NCBI GenBank assembly: GCA_038087875.1
Contig: JAXLNO010000110.1
Coordinates: forward strand, 248,001 to 312,000
Origin: Malacoraja senta
Taxonomy: Eukaryota
Length of the DNA stretch: 64,000 nucleotides
Direction: 5' to 3'
Part shown: positions 1-16,529 of the stretch, piece by piece
How the letters are laid out: the number at the start of each line of letters is the position of its first letter
How positions within the stretch are numbered: position 1 is the first letter of the stretch
Position numbers and translations under genes: made by a program
Notes under the pieces: model-generated
Seen by the model: the letters and a program-made list of their open reading frames with translations, nothing else
Databases searched by the model: none
What the model was told of the DNA's origin: nothing

Positions 1-71
1 GTGCTATACTGTTCTCTGGTCTATGATACCCCGAATGATTACGTTGTGAACAGCAAGTTTTAGTGCATATA

Positions 72-1710
72 CAGTGCCCTCCATAATGTTTGGGACAAAG
101 ATGCATCATTTATTTATTTGCCTCTGTACTCCACAACTTGAGATTTTGTGATTAAAAAAAATCACATGTGGTTAAAGTGCACATTTTATTAAAGGCCATT
201 TTTATACATTTTGGTTTCACCATGTAGAAATTACAGCTGTATTTATACATAGTCCCCCCATTTCAGGGCACCATAATGTTTGGGGACACGTGGCTTCACA
301 TTGCTCAGGTGTGTTTAAATGCCTCCAGGTATAAGAGAGCTCTCAGCACCTAATCTTTCCTCCAGTCTTTCCATCACCTTTGGAAACTTTTATTGCTGTT
401 TATCAACATGAGGACCAAAGTTGTGCCAATGAAAGTCAAAGAAGCCATTATGAGTGAGAAACAAGAATAAAACTGTTAGAGACATCAGCCAAACCTTGGG
501 CTCACCAAAATCAACTGTTTGGAATATCATTAAGAAGAAAGAGAGCACTGGTGAGCTTACTAATCGCAAAGGGACTGGCAGGCCAAGGAAGACCTCCACA
601 GCTGATGGCAGAAGAATTTTCTCTACAATAAAGAAAAATCCCCAAATCCGACAGATCAGAAACACTCCTCAGGAGTCAGGTGTGGATTTGTTAATGACCA
701 TTGTCTGCAGAAGACTTCAAGAACAGAAATACAGAGGCTACACTGCAAGATGCAAACCACTGGTTAGCTGCAAAAATAGGATGGCCAGGTTACAGTTTGC
801 CAATAAGTACTTAAAAGAGCAACCACAGTTCTGGAAAAGGGTCTTGTGGACAGATGAGACGAAGATTAACATATCAGAGTGATGGCAAAGTATGAAGGAG
901 AGAAGGAACTGCCCAAGATCCAAAGCATACCACCTCATCTGTGAAACACGATGGTGGGGGTGTTTATGGCCTGGGCATGTATGGCTGCTGAAGGTACTGG
1001 CTCACTTATCTTCATTGATGATACAACTGCTGATGGTAGCAGCATAATGAATTCTGAAGTGTATAGACACATCCTATTTGCTCAAGACCTAACAAATGCC
1101 TCGAAAAACTCATTGGCCGGCGGTTCATTCTACAGCAAGACAATGATCCCAAACATACTGCTGAAGCAACAAAGAAGTTTTTCAACGCTAAAAAATGGTC
1201 AATTCTTGAGTTGGCCAAGTCAATCACCCGATCTGAACCCAATTGAGCATGTCTTTTATATGCTGAAGAGAAAACTGAAGGGGGACTAGCCCCCAAAACA
1301 AGCATAAGCTAAAGATAGCTGCAATACAGGCCTGGCAGAGCATCACCAGAGAAGACACCCAGCAACTGGTGATGTCCATGAATCGCAGACTTCAAGCAGT
1401 CATTGCATGCAAAGGATATGCAACAAAATACTAAACATGACTACTTTCATTTACACGATATTGCTGTGTCCCAAACATTATGGTGCCCTGAAATGGGGGG
1501 ACTATGTATAAACACTGCTGTAATTTCTACATGGTGAAACCAAAATGTATAAAAATGGCTTTTATTAAAATCTGACAATGTGGACTTTAACCACGTGCTT
1601 TTTTTCTATTACAAATCTCAAATAGTGGAGTGCAGAGGCAGATAAATAAATAAATGATGTTTAATAACTAAATAAATAAATCTTTGTCCCAAACATTATG
1701 TAGGGCACTG
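72..1710 (+). mobile_element. Full-length Tc1/mariner DNA transposon (IR/DR type), decayed
   Basis: TIRs CAGTGCCCTCCATAATGTTTGGGACAAAGA at 72 and its near-perfect reverse complement ending at 1710; TA on both flanks (70-71, 1711-1712); inner direct repeats near 268-290 and 1466-1490; about 1.64 kb. Confidence 0.95.
408..1434 (+). pseudogene. Tc1 transposase with several frameshifts
   Basis: ATG at 408; HTH (TVRDISQTLGSPKSTVWNII), GRPRKT, VLWTDETKI, WACMAA, WPSQSPDLNPIE and terminal KGYATKY-stop at 1434, spread over different frames. Confidence 0.92.
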
Positions 1711-2000
1711 TATTAAATATTAAATACTAACAGAGAAATATGAGGTGTAGTTCCTCCAATTTGCTTTTGGCAGGTTGCATTCATGAAGGGCGTTTGGTAT
1801 ATTTCCCCCTCCCGGCTTGTGGATTGTGGATTAAAATACCAATCTCAAGGTTCCACCCAACAGCTGATGACCCAGTTGTTATATCGCTGGGAACTAAAAC
1901 ATCATTCAGGGCGATTCCTGCCTGCTTCAGGGTGCAGGAGGCAAGGGAGGAGGGGAGGGGTGGAGGGAGAGGAACATGAGCCTCCTTTCACATTATACAG

Positions 2001-2110
2001 GGGGTGGCACGGTGATGCAGTGGGTAGAGCTGCTGCCTCACTGCACCAGACCCGGGTTCCATCCTGACCACGGGCGCTGTCTGTACGGAGTTTTACCTTC
2101 TCCTCATGAC
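2001..2110 (+). mobile_element. tRNA-derived SINE 5' fragment (HE1/V-SINE-like)
   Basis: A-box/B-box-like head GGCACGGTGATGCAG...GGTTCCATCCTGACC, shared with other SINE copies in the window. Confidence 0.7.
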
Positions 2111-2186
2111 CCTTGCTTACTTGCTTCAGCTTAACAATACCTTAACACAACAAAAATGAACTGTGCAATAATAAATGAAATAGAAC

Positions 2187-3349
2187 CATAGAAACATAGA
2201 CAATAGGTGCAGGAGTGGGCCATTCAGCCCTTCAAGCCCAGCACCGCCATTCAATGTGATCATGGCTGATCATTCCCAATCAGTACCCCGTTCCTGCCTT
2301 CTCTCCATATCCCCTGACTCCGCTATCTTCAAGAGCCGCATCTTGCTCTCTCTTAAAAGTATCCAGAGAACCGACCTCCACCGCCATCTGAGGTGGGGAA
2401 TTCCACAGACTCACAACTCTCTGTGTGAAAAAGTGTTTCCTCATCTCCTTTCAAATGGCTTACCCCTTATTCTTAAACTGTGGCCCCTGGTTCTGGACTC
2501 CCCCAATATCGGGAACATGTTTCCTGCCTCTAGCGTGTCCAAACCCTTAATAGTCTTATATTTTTCAATATGATCCCTTCTCATCCTTCTAAACTCCAGA
2601 GTATGCAAGCCCAGCCGCTCCATTCTCTCAGCATATGACAGTCCCGCCATCCCGGGAATTAACCTTGTAAACCTACGCTGCACTCCCTCAACAGTAAGAA
2701 TGTCCTTCCTCAAATTTGGAGACCAAAACTGCACACAATACTCCAGGTGTGGTCTAACTAGGGCCCTGTCCAACTGCAGAAGGACCTCTTTGCTCCTGTA
2801 CTCAACTCCTCTTGTTATAAAGATCAACATGCCATTCGCTTTCTTCACTGCCTGCTGTACCTGCATGCTTACTTTCAGTGATGAACAAGGACCCCCAGAT
2901 CCCGTTGTGTTTCCCCTTTTCTCAACTTGACACCATTTAGATAATAATCTTCCTTCCTGTTTTTGCTACCAAAGTGGATAACCTCACATTTATCCACATT
3001 AAACTGCATCTGCCCACTCACTCGACCTGTCCAAGTCACCCCTGCATTCTCATAGCATCCTCCTCACAGTTCACACTGCTACCTAGCTTTGTGTCATCTG
3101 CAAATTTGCTAATGTTACTTGTAATCCCTTCATCTAAATCATTAATATATATTATGAATAGCTGCGGTCCCAGCACCAAGCCTTGTGGTACCCCATTAGT
3201 CACTGCCTGCCATTCTGAAAGGGACCCGTTAATCCCTACTCTTTGTTTCCTGTCTGCCAACCAATTTTCTATCCATGTCAGCACTCTACCCCCCAATACC
3301 ATGTGCCCTAACTTGCCCATTAATCTCCTATGTGGGACCTTATCAAATG
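2187..3349 (-). mobile_element. CR1-clade LINE (HER1-like), 5'-truncated
   Basis: RT motifs AFDKVPH, GVPQG, KFADDTKL, RPHLEYCVQFWSP in ORFs 3036..3392 and 2441..2866; short tandem-repeat 3' tail. Confidence 0.92.
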
Positions 3350-3477
3350 CAGTTGTTAAGGGATTTTCAAAACTAAAGAAATAATGAGTCACATGTTGCC
3401 AAACTAGTTAACAAAAGGGAATCACAAAGCATCTGCCAAATGTTTCATCAACACAACTCAAAACTACACATGGGTTG

Positions 3478-3915
3478 AATGAGCGTTTGTCGACACTGGG
3501 CCTGTACTCACTGGAGTTTAGAAGGATGAGGGGACACCTCATTGAAACTTACCGAATAGTGAAAGCCCTGGATAGAATGGATGTGGAGAGGATGTTTCCA
3601 CTAGTGGGAGAGTCCAGGACTAGAGGGCACAGCCTCAGAATTAAAGGACGTTCCTTTAGGAAGGAGATGAGGAGGAATTTCTTCAGCCAGATAGTGGTGA
3701 ATCTGTGGAATTCTTTCTGTGGGAGCCAAGTCAGTGGATATTTTTAAGGCTGAGAGAGATAGATAGATTCTTGATTTGTGCTGGTGTCGGGGGTTATGGG
3801 GAGAAGGCAGGGGAATTGGGTTGGGAGGGAGAGATAGATCAGCCATGATTGAATGGCTGAGTAGACTTGATGGGGCCGGATGGCCTAATTCTGCTCCTAT
3901 CACATGACCTTATGA
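3478..3915 (+). mobile_element. CR1 LINE 3' fragment (second subfamily)
   Basis: LGLYSLEFRRMRG...ESRTRGHSLRIKG C-terminus plus 3' UTR. Confidence 0.85.
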
Positions 3916-4235
3916 AAACTAAATCTGGGACGATGTCTTTCTACAGTAAACGTGAACCCTTTTACATGCCGAACTACCTAAGCCTTCTAAGGGAGTAGAT
4001 GCGTTGGAGTGCTTTCTTGGTCATTGCTTCAATACGGGTGGTCCAGGAGAAGTTGTTGGTGATATTGACTCCTGGGAATTTCTACTTTGGTGCCGTCAAT
4101 ACAAACAGGGGTATGAAACTTCACTTCCTGATGTCGATCACTATCTCCTTTGTCTTGCTGACGTTGAGAGATACTGTAGGTTGTTGCCTCGACACCAGGA
4201 CACAGGGCTCTCAATCTCCTTCCTGTACTCCGTCT

Positions 4236-4935
4236 TATAGAAACATTGACAACAGGTGCAGGAGTAGGTAATCAATATAATCATGGTTGACCATCCAAAA
4301 TCAGTACACCGTTCCCGCTTTCTCCCCATATCCCTTGATTCCGTTAGCCCTAAGAGCTAAATCTAACTCTCTCTTGAAAACATCCAGTGAACCGGCCTCC
4401 ACTGCCTTCTGTGGCAGAGAATTCCACAGATTCACAACTCTCTGGGTGAAAACGTTTTTTCCTCATCTCAGTCCTAAATTACCTACCCCTTATTCTTAAA
4501 ATGTGACCCCTGGTTTTGGACTCCCCCAACATCGGGAACATTTGTCCCGCATCTAGCCTGTCCAATCCCTTAAAAATGTTAAATGTTTGTATAAGATCCC
4601 CTCTCATCATTCTAATTTGCAATGAATATAAGCCCAGTTGGCCCATTCTTTCATCATATGTCAGTCCCGCCATCCCGGGAATTAACCTGGTGAACCCACG
4701 CTGCACTCCCTCAATAGCAATACTGTCCTTCCTCAAATTAGGAAACCAAAACTCCACACAATACTCCAGGTGAGGTCTCACCAGGGCCCTGTACAACTGC
4801 AGTAGGACCTCCTTGCTCCTAAACCCAAATCTTCTTGCTATGAAGGCCAACATGCCATTAGCTTTCTTCACTTCCTGCTGTACCTGCATGCTTACTTTCA
4901 GTGACTGACGTACAAGGACACCCAGGTCTCGTAAC
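4236..4935 (-). mobile_element. CR1 LINE 3' part (duplicated at ~7990-8700)
   Basis: ORF 4479..4937 with RDLGVLV...RPHLEYCV... Confidence 0.88.
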
Positions 4936-4956
4936 ACTGTAGAGGTGGATGTGGGT

Positions 4957-5476
4957 TAGGGTTGCCAACTGTCTCGTATTACCCGGGAAATCCCATATTT
5001 TGGGCTAAATTAGTTTGTCCCATACGGGACCGCTCTTGTCCAGTATTTAACCCTATAACTCGGGTCGAGGGGACTGTTGGGTCGGAGCGCCACGTCCAGC
5101 CCTGCCTCACCCATCCCGATGTAGTGCAGCCCATGGAGTGCAGCAGTAGCAGTGCCTCGCCCGTGGCCCCGTCTGTCGGCAGCCCAGCCAGCTGTCTGAC
5201 CTTTGGATGTTTTGCTTACCGCTGACACGACCACCCCTCCTTCACATGGTCGATCTTCGGTTCATGAGTTGGATGGCGTGCCGGACTTTGCGTGCGACGT
5301 CACGCGGCCTGGGCCAAAACTCCTCAGCTGGCCCGCCGGCTGGGCTTTGTATACAGTCCAGCACCCGGGCCAACTCATCATTCACCCAGCCACGGCTGAG
5401 TCGGTCATCGAATTGCCTTCGGGAATTTGTCCCGTATTTTGACTTTTAGTCCCTTATTTGGGAGTGAGAACGTTGA
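4957..5476. mobile_element. hAT-like non-autonomous element, right end truncated
   Basis: Begins TAGGGTTGCCAAC with GTCCC(G)TA-type subterminal motifs; internally deleted counterpart at ~8721-8850. Confidence 0.55.
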
Positions 5477-6308
5477 GTTTTAGTGTTAATGTGTACGTGA
5501 CAGATTGCATGTTGCGCGTGGTGAGTCTGTTTTATTTACTCAGAATTGCGAGCTAATGAATAACAGGTGTTTTTTCAGAATTGCAAAGGGTGTTGTGACT
5601 AAAAAGGGCAGGGGCCCGATATCAAGTAGAACTGCAGAGAAAAACAAGTTTGTTCCAGTCTATCGCGATCAAAACATGGGGGGGACACAATCTCTTGGTG
5701 GCTGCACATACACACACACACACACCTGAGACTTCGGAGGCTTCGGATGATGTGCCCAGTGGACGGTAACATCGGGAGCTGACCTGGTTAGTGACCGACA
5801 TCAAACTCCAGCAACAGCAGCTTCGTTCGACCCGAATCATGGGGCTTGAATCAGCCCGTTCGCGGGGCCTTCCATCGCCCGGCGCAGCTTAAAATCGGCC
5901 GCGGGATCTTCCATCACCCGACGGGGTCTTCATCTTCCATCACCGACGGGGTCTTCAAGATCGGGAGCCTCGATCGCCCACGCAGGCAGTTGCCTGATGC
6001 AAGATCCCCGCTTGAATATTTTGATCCCCGTCTGATATCCGCTTGAATATTTCAAAAGCTACAATGTGATGAATAACACTTAAACAAATAAAACTGAAGC
6101 AAATAAAGGCAAACAGAAGAACCAACCTTGGAGGGGTGGGGAGAGAGAGAGTGATGGGAAAAAAATACTAAATAATGTGAGTGACCGTGAATGAGAGACT
6201 TACCTACAAGCCAGCCAGGAAACCCGTTTGACTGGAGCCCTTAAGACCTGACCCGTTTAAAATCTGATACCAGTTCAAATCTTTCCCGTCCATCGATACA
6301 TCCAATTA

Positions 6309-6577
6309 AGGCCTGACCCACTTGGCGATTTTTACAGCGACTGCCGGCATCATTGATTGACATATCAGGTCAACAAAAAATTTGCGGCGTGATGTGGCAT
6401 GATACTGCGTGACACGGCATAATGCGGCGGTGATGCGGCGTGATGACGTATGATGTGTTTTTTCAAGTGTTGCAACTTTTTTTTTGTCGCCGCTCGATTT
6501 TGAAATGTTCAAAATCTTTTGGCGACCGTGATATGAAGCCGGCAGTCGCCATAAAATTTGCCAAGTGGACAGGCCCT
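6309..6577. mobile_element. PIF/Harbinger MITE (copy 1)
   Basis: Degenerate TIRs AGGCCTGACCCACTTGGC / GCCAAGTGGACAGGCCCT with TTA on both flanks. Confidence 0.8.
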
Positions 6578-7661
6578 TTAGTTCAAATGGTAATTGTACC
6601 CGCATTAAGAAATTCTCTGTGAATTCAGTAATACTTGAAGGTCAAAACACAATTGGTGACACATCGTGTTAATATGATGTTAATAGTGACATTTAACAAG
6701 CCCTTAACAGTGACCGTTAACAGATCATTTTCGTCTCAGAGGAATCAAGTGATAAACGACTCCAATCGCTCGAGTATTATATGTCTGTGGATTGGATGAG
6801 CATTGGGGGGGGGGCCGAGGGAGATTTCCCCCCACCTCTCAAAACATGGGGGTTTTGTTCTCTCAATGTGTGGATTGTTTTCTTGCTGACATTGATATTG
6901 TCTCTCGGCTCAAGTCATCGCTTTAAAAAAAACACTATTGACACCGACAAGGCCGTGGCCCTGCAGCCTGGCCCAGGTCTTTCCCAGCCCGGTGCCCACT
7001 CTCCCACTGCCCTCCCCCGGGGCCGCCATCGCCTCGATCCACCAGCACGTCTTGTCCGGCCTCCGGACGCCTCCATCCTCCAATCATCACGCTGAATCTT
7101 CGTGTCCTGCCCCCACTTCCCCCACTGCCTGCTGACCGATGTCTCTCTTGCCAATCGGCGCCCTCGATCATCAGTCCCACCCCCACTGTCTCGCGGAAAG
7201 CGGAGATTTTTAATTTAAATAATTTCACTGAGTTTCAAAAGCCGGTTTACAAAAACATGGGGGGGCTGTCCCCCACCTCTGCGCTGATTGTGTGATTAGC
7301 TGGATCCGTGATTACTCATGTATATACTGCCTGTGCACAGAATAATTGAGTGGGACAGCGAGGAGCTGGTAAGTATGTGACCATACTTGCAGTGACTCGC
7401 CCACTCCCGCGAGCGTAATAAAGTTGTGTCTTACAATGAGCATCAGTGTTTCGACAAATGCAATCAACCCGACGTGCACAAACAAATAAGATCAAATAGA
7501 ACAAGTTGCCCGACAACTTTAGGCTGTGCACGCCATACGCAAGAAGAAGAAGCAGTAGTGTCTGACGGGGTTTGTTATTCCAGAGTGAGGGTGAGCAGAG
7601 TAGTCGGCAGGATCTCGCTGGGACCATCACCAAGTGTTTATGAGCACCTCCCCTTTTCCTA

Positions 7662-11240
<3,579 letters not shown>

Positions 11241-11242
11241 AT

Positions 11243-11457
11243 GTGTAAGAAGGAACTGCAGATGCTGGTTTAAACCGAAGATAGACGTAAAAGATGGAGT
11301 AGCTCAGCGGGACAGTCAGCATCTATGGAGAGAAGGAATGGGTGTCGTTTCGGGTGGAGACCTTCTCAGACTGGAGACCCAAAACGTCACCCATTCCTTC
11401 TCTCCAGAGATACTACCTGTCCCGCTGAGTTACTCCAGCACTTTGTGTCTATCTTCA
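11243..11457. mobile_element. Penelope-end-derived foldback element
   Basis: GGAACTGCAGATGCTGG...CTCAGCGGGACAG arm followed by its inverted copy; the family recurs throughout the window. Confidence 0.7.
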
Positions 11458-12055
11458 ACAGTGAGATGATCATCGGGGGTCAAGGACGGACGAGCTGCCG
11501 AGAACAAAGGAGGAGTCGGTGCGGGATACTTTAAACTTTATCGGCACCCTTTATGTGGTGACTCTTTGCATACCTTGTGGCTCATCACATGTGGCAATAA
11601 ATTATAAACCATTATAGACAATAGACAATAGACAATAGGTGCAGGAGTAGGCCATTCGGCCTTTCGAGCCAGCACCGCCATTCAATGTGATCATGGCTGA
11701 ACATCCACAATCAGTACCCCGTTCCTGCCTTCTCCCCATATCCCCTGACTCCGCTATCATTAAGAGCCCTATCTAGCTCTCTCTTGAAAGTATCGAGAGA
11801 ATCGGCCGCCACCGCCCTCTGAGGCAGAGAATTCCACAAACTCACAACTCTCTGTGAGAAAAAGTGTCTCTTCGTCTCCGTTCCAAATGGCTTACCCCTT
11901 ATCTTAAACTGGTTCTGGACTCCCCGAACATCGGGAACATGTTTATTGCCCCTAGCGTGTCCAAACCGTTAATAATCTTAGACGTTCAAAGAAGATCCCT
12001 TCTCATCCTTCAAAGCACCAGAGTATACAAGCCCAGCCGCTCCATTCTCTCAGCA

Positions 12056-13594
12056 CAGGGCCGGATTTGGATGAAGAGAGGCCCTTGGCTAGACCGCTTG
12101 TGAGGCCCCTCCCAAATCCCCCACCCCCACGACGAGAGGAAGATGGAAGAGTCCACCAGATTGACACCGATGTGCAGCCGAGCGTGGCCAATGAGATAAG
12201 GGCTAAAAAGCTGCGCTTTTTATTTATTGCCCGGCTAGTGTTGAGTTATCGGTTTAAAACACAATTATTCTGAAATGGAGGGCAAGGAAAATTACTGGTG
12301 TTGTTTAGAGACTATAGTGCGTTGTGACAGCATATGTAAGAAAGGCCTATAACAGTGTCAAAAATATTATACACCAGGCCCGAATGAAGCTTTTCGAAAA
12401 GGGGGTGGCATGGCAGGATTACAAAAAATTTATGTGAAATAAGTGCACGCAGCGCATATCACAAGCGCGAAGCTCAAAGACCCTTGCGGCCGGCGTCCAG
12501 GGCCCGCTTAAGGGGTTTTAGATGCTCTCTGGTGCATTCTGAGCCTTATTTTGGAGCATTTTTGCACCAAATTTATGACCAATATTTCAGAAATAATTTT
12601 GGTTGGTTCAAGAGTAATGAGTGGGTGGAATGGGATGATTGGGGTCATTGTTGTATACATTTTTTTAAATCAAGAATTGAAGATATTCATGTTTTAATAA
12701 TCAAATTGTACTGTAAAATGTTATGTAAAATGTTATAAAGGAGCATGCAAACACTGCAAATAAAATACTATGTTTTTGCTGTAAATAAAACCTTTTTTTA
12801 GAAGATGTTTTGTGTGTTGCTTTGATTGCCTGTTACTGTTCGGCTGTGTTAGTGTGTGCACATTAAAAATATGATGCAAAATGAAAGCCTCAAACTATGG
12901 AATACATATATTTCAGTATTGTTATCAAGGAAAAGAAAGCAGTTCCAATTGTTTGATATTATTCATATGGAGGAGAAAATATAATTACTCTAAAACCTAC
13001 CTTAATTTTGCAATCTCACTAAAGATAATCCCCCTTTCTCTCTCCTCTTCCTCCTTCTACCTCCCTCTCCCTCTACCTCTCTCTCCCTCCCCATCTCTCT
13101 CTCCCCCTCCCCCTTCTCCTCTCTTTCTCCCCCTTTGTTTCTCAACCCCCACTCTCACATCCCCCCTCTCTCTCCCTCCCACGCAGCGAGGCTCCAACTC
13201 CGCGCCGTAGACACCGCAGCCCTCCACACCCGGTCCAGAGAAACGGGCACTCCCGCAACGCAATATTCCACTACTTATCTGGAGTAGACACCTAGGATCT
13301 TTGATAGACACGAGGCATCGAGGTGATTGTGTGGAGTGCAAATGGAGATCTGAACCCACCCGGGCCCACTGCGCACGCGCGGGGAGACAGCTTCATTTTG
13401 CGTCACTACTGCGTCACCGGCTTCCCCCAACTGCGCGGGCGCGGATGGTCACAATTTTTTCCCCAAAACTTCCAGCGGGCCGGAACCAGAATTTCGGGTA
13501 ATTGCCTATATGTAAATCCGGCCCTGCCGAGGCCCCCCTAGATCTCGAGGCCCTAAGCTTAAGCTTGTGAAGCTTATACATAAATCCGGCCCTG
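12056..13594. mobile_element. hAT non-autonomous DNA transposon
   Basis: 13-bp TIRs CAGGGCCGGATTT / AAATCCGGCCCTG; exact 8-bp TSD TCTCAGCA at 12048-12055 and 13595-13602. Confidence 0.92.
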
Positions 13595-13687
13595 TCTCAG
13601 CATATGACAGTCCCGCCATCCCGGAAATTGACCTTGTAAACCTACGCTGCACTCCCTCAATAGCAAGAATGTCCTTCCTCAAATTAG

Positions 13688-15180
13688 TTTCAATAGATTC
13701 AGGATCAGTTCCTGTGTTTTGGAGGATAGCTAATGTTATCCCACTTTTCAAGAAAGGAACGAGAGAGAAAACGGGGAATTACAGACCAGTTAGCCTAACT
13801 TCGGTGGTGGGAAAGATGCTGGAGTCAATTATTGAAGAGGTAATAATGGGGCATTTGGATAGCAGTAAAAGGATTAGTCCAAGTCAGCATGGATTTATGA
13901 AAGGGAAATAATGCTTGACTAATCTTCTGGAATTTTTTGAGGATGTGACAAGTAAAATGGATGAAGGGGAGCCAGTGGATGTAGTGTATCTAGACTTTCA
14001 GAAAGCCTTTGATAAGCTCGCGCACGGAAGACTGGTGACTTAACATTAGAGCACATGGTATTGGGGGTAGGGTGTTGACGTGGATAGAAAATTGGTTTGC
14101 AGACAGGAAGCAAAGAGTAGGAGTGAACGGGTCCTTTTCAGAATGGCAGGCAGTGGCGAGTGGAATGCCGCAAGGCTCGGTGTTCGGGCCGCAACTGTTT
14201 ACCATATATATTAATAATTTGGAAGAGGGAGTTAGGAGCAACACTAGCAAGTTTGCAGATTAAATAAAGCTGGGTGGCAGTGTGAACTGTGAAGATGATG
14301 TCAGGAGGTTGTAGGGTGACATGGACAGTTGAGTGAGTGGGCAGATGCGTGGCAGATGCAGTATAATATAGATAAATGTGAGGTTATCCACTTTGGCGGC
14401 AAAAACAAGGGGGCAGATTATTATCTCAATGGGGTTAGGTTAGGTAAGGGGGAGGTACAGCGAGACCTGGGTGTCCTTGTACACCGGTCACTGAAAGTTG
14501 GCGTGCAGGTACAGCAGGCAGTGAAGAAAGCTAATGGAATGTTGGCCTTCATAACTAGAGGATTTCAGTATAGAAGTAAAGAGGTTCTTCTGCAGTTGTA
14601 TAGGGCTCTGGTAAGATCACATCTGGAGTATTGTGTACAGTTTTTGTCTCCTAATTTGAGGAAGGACATCCTTGTGAATGAGGCAGTGCAGCGTAGGTTC
14701 ACGAGATTGATCCCTGGGATGGCGGGACTGTCATATGTGGAAAGATTGAAAAACTAGGCTTGTATTGACTGCAGTTTAGAAGGATGAGGGGGTTTCTTAT
14801 AGAAACATATAAAATTATAAAAGGACTGGACAAGCTAGATGCAGGAAAAATGTTCCCAATGTTGGGCGAGTCCAGAACCAGGGGCCACAGTCTTAGAATA
14901 AAGGGGAAGCCATTTAAGACTGAGGTGAGAAAAAACTTTTTTACCCAGAGAGTTGTGAATTTGTGGAATTCCCTGCCACAGAGTCCAAATCACTGGATGG
15001 ATTTAAGAGAGAGTTAGATAGAGCTCTAGGGGCTAGTGGAATCAAGGGATATGGGGAGAAGGCAGGCACGGGTTATTGATTGGGGACGATCAGCCATGAT
15101 CACAATGAATGGCGGTGCTGGCAGGAAGGGCTGAATGGCCTCCTCCTGCACCTATTTTCTATGTTTCTATATTTCTATGT
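13688..15180 (+). mobile_element. CR1 LINE 3' half, nested in an opposite-strand CR1
   Basis: NYRPVSLTS, QHGF, DFQKAFD, PQGS, KFAD, HLEYCVQF motifs with stops; (TTTCTATG)-like tail. Confidence 0.92.
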
Positions 15181-16529
15181 TTTGGGGACCAAAACGGCAC
15201 ACAATACTCCAGGTGTGGTCTCACTAGGGCCCTGTACAACTGCAGAAGGACCTCTTTGCTCCTATCCGCGACTCCTCTTGTTATAAAGGCCAACATGCCA
15301 TTCGCTTTCTTCACTGCCTGCTGTACCTGCATGCTTACTTTCATTGACTGATGAACAAGGACCTCCAGATCCCATTGTACTTCCCCTTTTCCCAATTGGA
15401 CACCATTTAGATAGTAATCTGCCTTGTTTTGATACCAAAGTGGATAACCTCACATTTATCCACATTAAACTGCATCTGCCATGCATCTGCCCACTCACCC
15501 AACTGTCCAAGTCACCCTGCATTCTCATAGCATCCTCCTCACAGTTCACACTGTCACCCAGCTTTGTGTCATCTGCAAATTTGTTCATGTTACTTTGAAT
15601 CCCTTCATCTAAATCATTGATGTATATTGTAAATAGCTGCATGTTGAAATCTCCCATAACAACCACAGCATTACCTTTGCTACATGCCAATTTTAACTCC
15701 TGATTCAACTTGCACCCTATATCGAGGCTACTGTTTGGGGGCCTGTAGATGTCCCATTAGGGTCTTTTTACCCTTACAATTCCTTAGTTCTATCCAGACT
15801 GACTCCACATCTCCTGTTTCAATGTCACCCCTTGCAAGGGACTGAATTTAATTCCTCACCAACATAGCTACCCCACCCCCTCTGCCCACCTGTCTGTCTT
15901 TTCGATAGGAGGTATACCCTTGAATATTCAGTTCCCAGCCCTGGCCCTCTTGCAGCCATGTCTCAGTAATTCCCACAACATCATAGTTGCCAATTTCTAA
16001 CTGAGCCTCAAGCTCGTCCACTTTATTTCTTATACTTCGCACATTCATATACAGCACTTTGACCTCCGTATTCACTTCCCCCCTCGCACCACTCGCATTT
16101 GGCCCTGACCGTACTCTTTTATCCCTTCTCAAACTTTCCTTCCCATTAATTCGAGAATCTTTTGTAACTTTTCCTGTGCTCACTTCCCCTTCAACTCCAT
16201 CTTTATACTCCCAATTTGTTAATCCCTCCCCACCACTATTTAGTTTAAACCCAATGTGTAGCCCCAGCAAACCTGCCTGCCAGAACGTCGGTCCCCCTCC
16301 AGTTAAGGTGTAACCCCTCCCTTTTGTACAGGTCACCCCTACCCCAGAAGAGATCCCAGTGGTCTATAAATCTAAACCCTTGCTCCCTGCACCAGCCCCT
16401 CAGCCACACATTCAGACCCCCCTATCTCCCTGTTCCTGTCCTCACTAGCACGAGGTACTGGAAGCAATCCAGAGATAACCTCCCTAGAAGTCCGGCATTT
16501 CAGTCTTCTTCATTCATTGATTCAAAATG

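Larger units (their letters stand above)
3907..7322. repeat. Tandem segmental duplication, copy 1
   Basis: Same ordered series of TE fragments and unique spacers as 7662-11240, with high but imperfect identity. Confidence 0.9.
11615..16510 (-). mobile_element. CR1 LINE (ORF1 esterase end, APE endonuclease, internal deletion, RT C-terminus, 3' tail), interrupted by two younger insertions
   Basis: SGNH-like ORF1 end (~16320-16500); EN motif LYMNVRSIRNK...YDVVGITETWL; GDFNM fused to QLFTIYIND at ~15640; sequence resumes colinearly after the inserts at 12056-13594 and ~13688-15180. Confidence 0.85.

Noticed and set aside
7395..7552. Short segment ending in (GAA)n between the duplicates
   Set aside because: Probably a non-LTR 3' tail, but neither a family nor a TSD could be supported.
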